A DNA stretch of 64,000 nucleotides from the human T2T-CHM13v2.0 reference genome, Homo sapiens, in NCBI GenBank assembly GCA_009914755.4, contig CP068257.2:8416001-8480000 (forward strand), read 5' to 3'. How positions within the stretch are numbered: position 1 is the stretch's first letter; every line of letters starts with the position of its first letter. The notes under the pieces were generated by a model. That model was not told the origin of the DNA, did not search any database, and saw only the letters and a list, made by a program, of their open reading frames with translations. The position numbers and the translations under genes were made by a program. Shown here piece by piece: positions 23,151 to 35,896 of the stretch.

Positions 23151-26100
23151 CAGTGTTGAACATTTCTTTTGATTGGACAGTTTTGAAACTCTTTTTGTAG
23201 AATATGTAAGAGGATATTTGGAGAGCTTAGAAGTCAATGGTTGAAATGGAAATAACTTCACATAATAACTACACAGAAGCATTCTAAGGAACTTGTTTGG
23301 GATTTGTGCATTCATCTCACATAGTTGAACCTATCTTTTGATAGAGCAGTTTGGTAACTCTCTTTTTGTGGTATCTGCAACTGGATAATTGGAGCCCTTT
23401 GCAGCCAATGTTGGAAAAGGGAACATCCTCACATAAAAACTACACAGAAGTATTCTGAGAAACTTCTTTGTGATGTGTGTATTCATCTCACAGAGGTGAA
23501 TATTTCATTTGATTGAGCAGTTTTCAAACACTCTTTTTGTAGAATCTGCAAGTGTATAATTGGAGCGCTTTGAGGCCTATTGTTGAAAAGGAAATATCTT
23601 CACATAAAAAGTACACAGGAGCATTCTCAGGAACTTCTTTTTGATGTGAGCATTCATCTCACAGTATTGAAACTTTCATTATATTGAGCAGTTTGGAAAC
23701 ACTCTTTTAATAGAATCTGCAAGTGGATATTTGGAGCCCTTGGAGGCCTATTGGGGAAAAGGAAATATCTTCTCATAAAAACTACACAGAAGCATTCTGA
23801 GAAACTGCTTTTTGATGTGTGCATTCAAACCACATAGTTGAATTTATCTTTTGATAGAGCAGTTTTGAAACTCTCTTTTTGTAGAATCTGCAAGGGGATA
23901 TTTGGAGCTCTTTGTGGCCTATTGTGGAAAAGGAAATAACTTCACAGAAAAATTACACAGAAGCATTCTCAAAAACCTCTTTGTTTTGTGTGCATTCATC
24001 TCTCAGAGTTGAACTTTTCTTTTGATAGAGCAGTTCTGAAAATCTTTTTGTAGGATCTGCAAGTGGATAATTGGAGAGCCTTGAAGTGTATGGTGGAAAT
24101 TGAAATATCTTCACATAAAAAATACACAGAAGCATTCTGAGAAATTTGTTTGGGATGTGTGCATTTATCTCACAGAGTTGAACCTATCTTTTGATAGAGC
24201 AGTTTTGAAACTCTCTTTTTGTAGAATCTGCAAGGGGATATTTGGAGCCCTTTGAGGCCTATGGTGGAAAAGGAAATATCTTTATATAAAAACTACACAG
24301 AAGCATTCTGAGAAACTTCTTTGGGTTGTGTGCATTCTTCTCACAGAGGTGAAACTTTCATTTGATTGAGCAGTTTTCAAACACTCTTTCTGTGGAATCT
24401 GCAAGGATATAATTGGAGTGCTGTGAGGCCTATTGTGGAAAAGGAAACATCTTCACATAAAAACTACACAGAAGCATTATCAGAAACTTCTCTGAGATGT
24501 GTGTATTCATCTCACAGTGTTGAAAATTTCTTTTGATTGAGCAGTTTGGAAGCAATCTTTTTGTAGAATCTGCAAGTGGATATTTGGAGCCCTTGGAGGC
24601 CTAACGTGGAAAAGGAAATATCTTCACATAAAAACTACATAGAAGCATTCTGAAAAACTTCTTTGTGATGTGTGCATTCGTCTCACAGAGTTGAAACTTC
24701 CTTTTGATTGAGTAATTTTGAATCTCTCTTTTTGTAGAATCTGCAAGTGCATATTTAGAGGACTTGGAGGCATATGGGGGAAAAGGTAATATCTTCACAA
24801 AAAAATAAGCAGAAGCATTCTGAGAAACTTCTTTGTGATGTGTGTATTCATCTCACAGAGTTGAAACTATCTTTTGATAGGGCAGTTTTGAAACTCTCTT
24901 TTTGTAGAATCTGCAAGGGGATATTTGGAGCCCTTGTGACCCATGGTGGAAAAAGAAATATTTTAACAAAAAAACTGCATGGAAGCATTCTGAGAAACTT
25001 CCTTGTGATGTGTGTTTTCATCTCACAAAGTTGAACCTTTCTTTTGATTGAGCAGTTTGGAAACACTCTTTTCATAGAATCTGCACGTGGATATTTGGAG
25101 GGCATTTTGGCCAATGGTGGAAAAGGAAATATCTTCACATAAAAACTACAGAGAATTACTCTGATAAACTGCTTTTGATGTGTGCATTCAATTCAGAGTT
25201 GAACCTATCTTTTGTTAGAGGAGTTTTGAAACTGTCTTTTTTTGGAGTCTTCATGTGGATATTTGGAGCCCTTTGAGGCCTATGGTGGAAAAGGAAATAT
25301 CTTCTCATAAAAAGTACACAGAAGCATTCTGAGAAACTTCTTTGTCATGTGTGCATTTAGCTCACATATTTGAACCTTTCATTTGATTGAGGAGTTTTGA
25401 AACACTCTTTTTGTAGAATCTGCAAGTGGATATTTGCAGGGCTTTGGGGACTTTTGTAGAAAAGGAAACATACTCACATAAAAATTAACAGAAGTGTTCT
25501 CAGAAACTTCTCTGTGATGTGTGCATTCATCTCACAGAGTTGAACCTTTCTTTTAATTGAGTAGTTTTGAAACACTCCTTTTGTAGAATCTGCAAGTGGA
25601 TATTTGGTGTGCTTAGAGGCCTATGGTGGAAAAGGAAATAGCTTCACATAAAAACAACATGGAAATATTCTGAGAAACTTCGTTGTGATGTGTGTATTCA
25701 TCTCACAGAGTGGAACCTTTCTTTTGATTGAGTAGTTTTGAAACTTTCTTTTTGTAAAATCTGCATGTGGTTATTTGGAGCCCTTTGTGGCCAATGGACG
25801 AAAAGGAAATATGTACCCCTAAAAACTACACAGAAGCATTCTGAGAAACTTCTTTGTTTTGTATGCATTCATCTCATGGTGTTAAAGTTTCTATTGTTTG
25901 AGCAGTTTTGAGACACTCTTTTCGCAGAATCTGCAAGTGGATATATGGAGCGCTCTGAGGCCTATGGTGGAAAGGAATATACCTTCACATAAAAACTACA
26001 CAGAAGGATTCTGAGAAACTTCTTTGTGATGTGCGCATTCAACTTGCAAAGTTGAACTTATCTTTTCATATAGCAGTTTTGAAACAGTCTTTTTGTAGAA

Positions 26101-29100
26101 TCTGTGTGTGATTATTTGCAGCCCTTTGTGGCCAATGGTGGAAAAGGAAATGTCTTTCTCTAAAAACTACACAGAAACATTCTGAGAAACTTTTTTGTGA
26201 TGTGTATATTCAGCTCACAGAGTTGAACCTTTCATTTGATTGAGTAGTTTTGAAACACTCTTTTTGTAGAATCTGCAATTGGAAATTTGGAGCGCTTTGT
26301 CACCTAATGTGGAAAAGGTAATATCTTCACATACAAACTACACAGAAGATTCTGAGACACTTCTTTGTTTTGTGTGCATTCATCTGACAGAGTTGAACCT
26401 ATCTTTTTTTTGAGCAGTTTTGAAACTCTCTTTTTGTAGAATCTGCAAGTGGATATTTGGAGCCCTTTGTGGTCTATGGTGGAAAAGGATATATCTTCAC
26501 ACAAAAACTACACAGATGCATTTTGAGAAACTTTGTTGTGATTTGTGCATTCATCTCACAGAGTTGAAACTTTCTTCTGATTGAGCAGTTTGGAAACACT
26601 CTTTTCATGGAATCTTCAAGTGGATATTTGGAGCACTTTGAAGTCTATTGTGGAAAATGAAATATCTTAACATAAAAACTACAGAGAAGCATTCTGAGAA
26701 ACTTCTTTGTGATGTGTGCATTCAAATCACAGAGTAATATGTCTTTTGATAGAGCAGTTTTGAAACTGTCTTTATGTAAAATGTGCAAGTGGATATTTGG
26801 AGCCCTTTTTGGCCAATGGTGGAAAAGGAAATATCTTTCCCTAAAACTACACAAAGCATGCTTAGAAACTTCTTTGTGATGTGTGCACTCATCTCACACA
26901 GTTGAACCATTCTTTTGATTGAGCAGTTTGGGAAAATTCTTTCAGTAGAAATGCAAGTGAACATTTGGAGCCCTTGGAGCCCTATTGTATAAAAGTAAAT
27001 ACCTTCACTTAAAAACTACACAGAATCATTCTGAGAAACTTCTTTGTGATGTGTGCATTTCCTCACAGAGTTGATACTTTCTTTTGATTGAGCAGTTTTA
27101 AAACACTCTTTTTGTAGAATCTGGAAGTGTATAGTTGGTGCACTTAGAGGCCTATGGTGGAAAAGGGAATATCTTCACATAAAAACAACACAGAAGCATT
27201 CTGAGAAACTTCGTTCTGATGTGTGCATTCATCTCACAGAGTTGAATCTTTCTTTTGATTGAGCAGTTTTGGAACTTTCTTTTTGTAAAATCTGCATGTG
27301 GTTGCTTGGAGCCCTTTGTGGCCAATGGAGGAAAAGGAAATATGTTCCCCTAAAAACTACACAGAAGTATTCTGGGAAAATTCTTTGTAATGTGTGCATT
27401 CATCTCACAGTGTTAAATTTTGTATTGTTTGAACAGATTTGAGACACTTTTTTCACAGAATCTGCAAGTGGATATATGGAGCGCTTTGAGGCCTATGGTG
27501 GAAAGGGATATATCTTCACATAAAAACTACACAGAAGGATTCCGAGAAATTTCTTTGTGATGTGTGCATTCAACTCGCAGCATTTTACCGATCTTTTGAT
27601 ATAGCAGTTTTGAAACAGTCTTTTTGTAGAATCTGTGTGTGATTATTTGGAGCCCATTGTGGCCAATGGTGGAAAAAGAAATATCTTCCTCTAAAAACTA
27701 CAGAAACATTCTGAGAAACTTCCTTGTGATGTATACATTCAGCTCACAGAGTTGAACCTTTCATTTGATTGAGTAGTTTTGAAACACTCTTTTTGTAGAA
27801 TCTGCAATTGGAAATTTGGAGTGTTTTATCGCCTAATGTGGAAAAGGTAACATCTTCACATACAAACTACACAGAAGGATTCTGAGACACTTCTTTGTTT
27901 TGTGTGCATTTGTGTCACAGGGTTGATCCTTTCTTTAGACTGAGCAGTTTTGAAACACTCTTTTTGTAGAATCTGCAAGTGGTATTTGAGCACGTTGAGG
28001 CCTCTTGTGGAAAAGGAAATATCTTCACATAAAAATTACACAGAAGCATTCTGAGAAACTTCTTTGTGATGTGTCCATTCCTCTTAGGGTAGAACCTTTG
28101 TTTTGATTGAGCAGTATTGAGACACTCTTTTTGTAGAATCTGCAATTGGATATTTGGAGCGTTTTGAGTCCTATTGTGGAAAAAGAAATATCTTCCCCTA
28201 AAAACTAAACAGAAGCGTTCTGAAAAACTTCTTAGTGATGTGTGAATTGAACTCACATAGTTGAACCTATCTTTTGATAGAGCAGTTTTGAAACTCTTTT
28301 TGTAGAATCTGCAACTGGATATTTGGAGCCGTTTGTGGCCAATGGTGGAAAAGGAAATATCTTCACATAAAAACTACACAGAAGCATTCTGAGAAACTTT
28401 TTGTGATGTGTGCATTCAATTCACAGTGTTGATCCTATCTTTTGATACAGCAGTTTTGAAATTCTCTTTTTGTAGAATCTTCAAGTAGATATCTGAAGCT
28501 ATTTTTGGCCTAAGGTGGAAAAAAAAATCTTCACATAAAAACTACATAGAAGCATTCTGAGAAACTTTTTTGTGATGTTTGCATTCAACTCACAGTGTTG
28601 AAGCAGTCTCTTGATAGAGCAGTTTTGAAACTCTCTTTTGGTAGAATCTGCAAGTGGATATTTGGAGCCATTTGCACCTATGATGGAAAAGGAAATATCT
28701 TCACACAAAAACCACACAGAAGCATTCTGAGAAACTTCGTTGTGATATGTGCATTCATCTCAAAAATTTGAACGTTTCTTTTGATTGAGCACTTTTGAAA
28801 CACTCTTTGAGTAGAATCTGCAATGGGATATTTGGAGCGCTGTGAGGCCTATGGTGGAAAAGGAAATATCTTCACATAAAAACAACACAGAAGCTTTCTG
28901 AGAAACTTCTTTGTGATGTGTGCATTCAACTCACAGAGTTCAACCTATCTTTTTATAGAGCCGTTTTGGAACTCTCTTTTTGTAGAATCTGTAAGTGGAT
29001 ATTTGGAGCCCTTTGATGCCTATGTTGGAAGAGGAAATATCTTCACATAAAAACTACAGTGAAGCAATCTGAGAAACTTCTTTGTGATGTGAGCATTCAA

Positions 29101-31705
29101 CTCAAAGAGTTGAACCTATCTTTTGTTAGAGCAGTTTGGAAACCTCCTTTTTGTAGAATCTGCAAGCGGATATTAAGAGCCCTTTGCAGAGTATAGAGAA
29201 AAAGGAAATATCTTAACAAAAAAACTACACAGGAGCATTCTGAGAAAGTTCTTTGTCGTGTGTGCATTCAACACACAGAGTTGAACATATCTTTTGATAG
29301 GGCAGTTTTGAAGCTCTCTTTTTGTACAATCTGCAAGTGGATATTTGGAGCCCTTTGGGGCCTTTGGTGGAAATGGCAACATCTTCACATAAAAAGCACA
29401 CAGAAGCATTCAGAGAAACTTCTATTATTGTGGGCATTCATCTCACAGAGGTGAAACTCTCTTTTGATTGAGCAGCTTGGAAACACTCTTTTTGTAGAAT
29501 CTGCAAGTAGATATATGAAGCGCTTTGAGGCCTATTGTGGAAAAGGAAATATCTTCACAGAAAAACTACACAGAAGCATTCTGTGAAAATTCTTTGTGAT
29601 GTGTGCATTCATCGCACAGAGTTGCACCTTTCAATTCATTGAGCATTTTTAAAAATCTTTTTGTAGAAGCTGCAAGTGGATACAAGGAGTGCATTGAGGC
29701 CTATGGTGGAAAAGGAAATATCTTCATATAAAAACTTCACAGAAGCATGCTGACAAACTTCTTTGTGATGTGTGCATTCATCTCACAGAGTTGAAACTTT
29801 CATTTCATAGAGCCGTTTTGAAACACTCTTTTTGTAGAATCTGCAAGTGGATATTTTGAGTGCTTTGAGGTCTATGGTGGAAAAGGAAATATCTTCATAT
29901 AAACACTATGCAGAAACATTCTGAGAAACTTCTTTGTGATGTGTGCACTCATCTCATAGTGTTGAACCTATCTTTTTATATAGCAGTTTTGAAACTCTTT
30001 TTGTAGAATCTGCAAGAGGATATTTGTAGCCCTTTGCTGCCTATTGTAGAAAAGGAAATATCTTCTCATAAACATTACACAGAAGCATTCTGAGAAACTT
30101 CTGTCTGATGTGTGCATTCAGCTCACAGAGTTGAACCTATCTTTTCATAGAGCAGTTTTGAAACTCTCTTTTTGTAGAATCTGCAAGTGGATGTTTGGAG
30201 CCCTTTGCGGCCTGTTGTAGAATAGAAAATATCTTCACATCAAAACTGCACAGAAGCATTCTGAGAAACTTCTTTGTGATGTGTGCATTCAACTCACAGA
30301 GTTGAATCTTTCAGTTGATTGAGCAGTTTTGAAACACTCTTTTTGTAGAATCTGCAATTGGATATTTGGAGTGCGTTGAGGCCTATTGTGGAAAAGGGAA
30401 TAATTTCTCATAAAAGGTACACAGAAGCTTTCTCAGAAAGCTCTTTGTTTTGAGTGCAGTCATCTCACAGACTTGAAATTTCTTTTCATTGAGCAGTTTT
30501 GAAACACTCTTTTTGTATAATCTGCACGTGGATATTTGGAGCACTTTGAGGCCTATGGTGGAAAAGGAAATATCTTCACATAAAAACTACACAGAAGCAT
30601 TCTGAGAAAATACTTTGTGATGTGTGCATTCATATCACAGAGTTGAACCTGTCTTTCGATAGAGCCATGTTGAAATTCTCTTTTTGTACAATCTGCAAGT
30701 GGATATTTGGAGTCCTTTGTTGCCTGCTGTGGAAAAGGAAATACATTCTCTTAAAAGCTGCAGAGAAGCATTCCGGGAACATTCTTTGTGATGTGTGCAT
30801 TGATTTCACAGAGTTGAAGCTTTCTTTTGATTGAGTAGTTTTGAAACACTGTTTTCGTAGAATCTGCAAGTGGATATTTAGAGCGTTTTGAGGCCTATGG
30901 AGGAAAAGGACATATCTTCACATAGAAACTACCCAGAAGCATTCTGTGAAACTTCTTTGTGATGTTTGCATTCAACTCGCAGAGTTGAACCTATCTTTTG
31001 ATAGAGCAGTTTGGAAACTCTCTTTTTATAGAATCTGCATGTGGTTATTTTGAGACATTTGTGGCCGATGGTGGAAAAGGAAATATCTTTCCCTAAAAAT
31101 TACAGAGAAGCATTCTGAGAAACTTCTTTGTTATGTGTGCATTCATCTCACAGAGCTGAACTTTTCATTTGATTGGGCAGTTCTGAAACACTCTTTTTGT
31201 AAAATCTGCAATTGGATATTTGGAGCACTTTGAGACCTATTGTGGAAAAGGAAATATCTTCATATAAAAACTACACAGAAGCCTTCTCAGAAACGTCTTT
31301 GTGATGTGTGCATTCATCTCACAGTGTTGAACCTTTATTTTGATTTAGCAGTTTGGAAACACTGTTTTAGTAGAATCTGCAGCTGGATATTTGGAGCCCT
31401 CAGAGCCATATTGTGGAAAAGGAAATATCTTCATATAACAACTACACAGAAGCATTCTGAGAAACTTCTTTTTGATGTGAACATTCATCTCACAGAGTTC
31501 AACCTTTCTTTTGATTGAGCATTTTGAAACTCTCTTTTTGTAGAATCTGCAAGTGGATAATTGGAGTGCTTTGAGGCCTATGATGGAAAAGTAAATATCT
31601 TCTCATAAAAACTACACAGAAGCATTATGAGAAACTTCTTTGTGATGTGTGCATTCATCTCACAGAGTTGAACCTATCTTGTGATACAGCAGTTTTGAAA
31701 CTTTC
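23151..31705 (+). repeat. Alpha satellite, + orientation, a distinct monomer family ('cacataaaaactacacagaagcattctgagaaac … tgcaagtggatatttggagc'). It has ~1.5 kb (~9-monomer) higher-order periodicity with diverged copies.
   Basis: The family switch from 'ctagacagaag / tggacatttgg' to 'ctacacagaag / tggatatttgg' occurs around 23100-23250. Blocks starting at 25700 and 27210 ('…tttgtaaaatctgcatgtggtt(at/gc)ttggagccctttgtggccaatgga(c/g)gaaaaggaaatatgt(a/t)cccctaaaaactacacagaag…') align at ~1515 bp offset. The 'aaaaacaacacagaag' variant recurs at 25650, 27180 and 28870. Confidence 0.8.
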
Positions 31706-32395
31706 TTTTTTTTATTATACTTTAAGTTTTAGGGTACATGTGCTCATTGTTCAGGTTTGTCACACAAGTATACATGTGCCATGCTGGTGCGCTGCACCCA
31801 CTAACTCGTCATCTAGCATTAGGTATATCTCCCAATGCTATCCCTCACCCCTCACCCCACCCCACAACAGTCCCCAGAGTGTGATATTCCCCTTCCTGTG
31901 TCCATGTGATCTCACTGTTCAATTCCCACCTATGAGTGAGAATATGTGGTGTCTGGTTTTTTGTTCTTGCGATAGTTTACTGAGAATGATGATTTCCAAT
32001 TTCATCCATGTCCCTACAAAGGACATGAACTCATTACTTTTTATGGCTGCATAGTATTCCATGGTGTATATGTGCCACATTTTCTTAATCCAGTCTATCA
32101 TTGTTGGACGTTTGGGTTGGTTCCAAGTCTTTGCTATGGTGAATAACGCCACAATAAACATACGTGTGCATGTGTCTTTATAGCAGCATGATTTATATTC
32201 CTTTGGGTATACACCCAGTAATGGGATGACTGGGTCAAATGGTATTTCTAGTTTTAGATCACTGAGGAATCGCCACACTGACTTCCATAATGGTTGAACT
32301 AGTTTACAGTCCCACCAACAGTGTAAAAGTGTTCCTATTTCTCCACATCCTCTCCAGCACCTCTTGTTTCCTGACTTTTTAATGATTGCCATTCT
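31706..32395 (-). mobile_element. L1 (L1PA-like) 3' fragment, ~690 bp, minus strand. It is 5'-truncated and carries the ORF2 C-terminal region, the 3'UTR and a poly(A) seen as T-run on + at ~31706-31714.
   Basis: The + strand reads 'tttttttttattatactttaagttttagggtacatgtgc…', the reverse complement of the L1 3' end 'gcacatgtaccctaaaacttaaagtataataaaaaaa'. It continues through reverse-complement 'CCTGACTTTTTAATGATTGCCATTCT'. The minus-strand ORF 31919-32395 translates to the L1 ORF2 C-terminal cysteine-rich region (…[32 protein letters not shown]…[10 protein letters not shown]…). Confidence 0.9.
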
Positions 32396-35300
32396 TTTGT
32401 AGAATCTGCAAGTGGATAATTTGAACACTTTGAGGCCTAGGATGGAAAAGGAAATATCTTCTCATAAAAACTACACAGAAGCATTCTGAGAAACTCCTTT
32501 GTGATGTGTGCATTCAACTGACAGACTTGAACCTATCTTCTGACAGAGCGGTTTTGAAACTCTTTTTGTAGAATCTGCAATTGGATATATGGAGCCCTTT
32601 GTGGCTTATGGTGGAAAAGGAAATATCTTCACATAAGAACTACACAGAAGCTTTCTGAGAAACTTCTTTTTGATGTGTGGATTCAACTCACGAAGTTGAA
32701 CCTCTCTTTTGATTGAGCAGTTTAGAAACACTCTTCTTAAAGAATCTGCAAGTGGATATATGAATGTTTTGAGGCCTATTGTTCAAAAGGAAATATCTTC
32801 ACATAAAGCTACACAAAAGCATTCTGAGAAACTTCTTTCGGATGTGTGCATTCGTCTCACATATTTGAAACTTTCAATTGATTGAGCAGCGTTGAAACAC
32901 TCTTTTTGTATAATCTGCAAGTGGATATTTGGAGCACTTTGAGTCCTATGTTGGAAAAGGAAATATCTTCACATAAAAACTACACTGAAGCTTTCTGAGA
33001 AAATTTTTGTGAAGTATGCATTCAACTCACAGAGTTGAACGTATCTTTTCATAGAGCAGTCTTGAATCTCTCTTTACACATTATCTGCAAATAGATATTT
33101 GGAGCGCTTTCAGGCCCATAGCTGAAAAGGAAATATCTTCTCATAAAAACTACACATAAGCATTCTGAGAAACATTTTTGTGATGTGTACATTCATCTCA
33201 CGGAGTTGAAACTTTCTTTTGATAGAGTAGTTTTGAAACACTCTTTTTGTAGAATCTGCAGGTGGATATTTGCATCGCACTGAGGCCTATCGTGGAAAAG
33301 GAAATATCTTCCCAAAAAACTACACAGAAGCATTCTCAGAAACTTCTTTGCGATGTGTGCCTTCATCTCACAGGGTTGAAACTTTCTTTTGATTGAGCAG
33401 TTTTGAAACACTCTTTTCATAGAATCTGCAAGTGGATACTTGGAGCATTTTGAGGTCTATGGTGGAAAAGGAAATATCTTCAATTAAAAACCACACAGAA
33501 GCATTCTGAGAAATCAATTTGTGATGTATGCATTCAACTCGCAGAGATTAACCTATCTTTTGATAGAGCAGTCTTGAAACTCTCTTTTTGTAGAATCTGC
33601 AAGTGGTTATTTTGAGCCCTTTTTGGCCAATGGTGAAAAAGGAAATATCTTCACATAAAAACTACACAGAAGCATTCTGAGAAACTACTTTGTGATGTGT
33701 GCATTCATCTCACAGAGTTGAACCTATCTTTTGATAGAGTAGTTTTGAAACACTCTTTTTGTAGAATCTGCAAGTGGATATTTGGAGCCCTTTGTGGCCT
33801 ATAGTGGAAAAGAATATATCTTAACATGAAAACTACAGAGAAGGATTCTGAGAAACTTCTTTGTGATGTGTGCATTCAACTCACAGAGATGAATCTTTCC
33901 TTTGATTGAGCAGTTTTGAAACACTTTTTTTGTAGAATCTGCAAGTGGATATTTTGATTGCTTTGAGGCTTATTGTGGAAAAGGCTATGTCCTTAAGTAA
34001 AAACTACACAGAAGCATTCCCAGAAACTTCTTTGTTTTGTGTGCATTCATCTAACAAAGTTGAACCTTTCTTTTGATTGATCAGTTTTGAAACACTCTTT
34101 CTGTAGAATCTGCAAGTGGATATTTGGAACACTTTGAGGACTATGATGGAAAAGTTAATATCTACACATAAAAAATACACAGAAGCATTATAAGAAAGTT
34201 CTTTGTGATGTGTGCATTCAACATTCAGAATTGAACCTATCTTTTGATTGAGCAGTCTTGAAACTCTCTTTTTGTACAATTTGCAAGTGGATATTTGGAT
34301 TCCTTTGCGGCCTATGGTGGAAAAGGAAATATCTTAACATAAAAACTAGACAGAAGCATTCGGAGAAACTTCTTTGTGATGTTTGCATTCAACTCACAGA
34401 GTTGAACCTGTCTTTTGATAGAGCAGTTTTGAAACTTTCTTTTTGTGGAAACTGCAAGTCGATATTTGGGGCACTTTGCGGCCTATTGTGGAAAAGGAAA
34501 TGTCTTCACATAAAAACTACACAGAAGCATTCTGAGAAACCTCTTTGTGATGTGTGCATTCAACTCACAGAGTTGAACATATCTTTTAATAGAGCAGCTT
34601 TGAAACTCTCTTTTTGTAGAATCTGCAAGTGGATATTTGGATTCCTTTGCAGCCTATGGTGGAAAAGGAAATATCTTAACATAAAAACTACACAGAAAGA
34701 TTCTGAGAAACTTCTTCGTGATGTTTGCATTCAACTCACAGAGTTGAACCTGTCTTTTGATAGAGCAGTTTTGAAACTTTCTTTTTGTGGAAACTGCAAG
34801 TCGATATTTGGAGCACTTTGTGGCCTATTGTGGAAAAGGAAATATCTTAACATAAAAACTACACAGAAGAATTCTGAGAAACTTCTTTGCGATGTGTGCC
34901 TTCATTTCACAGAGATGAACCGTTCATTTGATTGAGCAGTTTTGAAACTCTCTTTTTGTAGAATCTGCAAGTGGATATTTGGAGCCCTTTGCAGCCTATG
35001 GTGGAAACGGAAATATCTTCACATAAAAACTACACAGAAGCATTCTGAGACACTTCTTTGTGATGTGTGCATTCATCTCACAGAGTTGAACCTATCTTTT
35101 GATAGAGCAGTTTTGAAACTCTCTTTTTGTAGAATGTGCAAGTGGGTATTTGGAGCCCTTTGCAGCCTTTTGGGCAAAAGGAAATGTCTTCCAATTAAAA
35201 CTACACAGAAGCATTCTGAGAAACTTCTTTGTCATGTGAACATTCAACTCAAAATATTGAACCTATGTTTTGAGACAGCAGTTTTGAAACACTCTTTGTA

Positions 35301-35896
35301 AGACATCTGCAAGTGGATATTTGAAGTGCTTTGAGGCCTATTGTGGAAAAGGAAATATTTTCACATAAAAACTATAGAGAAGCACTCTGAGAAACTTCTT
35401 TGTGATGTTTGCATTCATATCACATAGTTGAACCTCTCTTTTGATTGAGCAGTTTTGAAACAGTCTTTTTGTAGAACCTGCGGGTGGATATTTGGAGTGC
35501 TTTGAGGACTATTATGGAAAAGGAATTATCTCCACAAAAAAATTACACAGAATCATTGTGAGAAATTTCTTGTGATATGTGCATTCATCTCACAGAATTG
35601 AACCTTTCATTTGATTGCACAGTTTTGACACACTCTTTTTGTAGAAGCTGCAAGTGGATATTTGAAGCGCTTTGAGGCCTATGTTGGAAAATGAACTATC
35701 TTCACATAAAAATTTCACAGAAGAATTCTGAGAAACTTCTTTTTGATGTGTGCATTCAACTGTGAAATTGAACCTATCTTTTGATAGAGCAGTTTTGAAA
35801 CTCTCTTTTTGTAGCATCTGCATGTGTATATTTGGAGCCATTTGCAGCCTAAGGTGGAAAAGGTAATATCTTCACATATAAACTACATAGAAGCAT
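32396..35896 (+). repeat. Alpha satellite, + orientation, 'ctacacagaag' family (continuation). It contains a near-identical tandem duplication of a ~342 bp dimer at ~34250-34940.
   Basis: Same monomer signature. 34258-34600 and 34600-34940 share diagnostic variants ('tggatatttggattcctttgc', 'gtggaaactgcaagtcgatatttgg', 'cttaacataaaaactacacagaa'). Confidence 0.85.

Noticed and set aside
34258-35301. 225 aa and 119 aa ORFs in alpha satellite with internal repeats.
   Set aside because: The 57 aa periodicity equals the 171 bp monomer. They are an artefact of tandem duplication (see the finding on 34250-34940).
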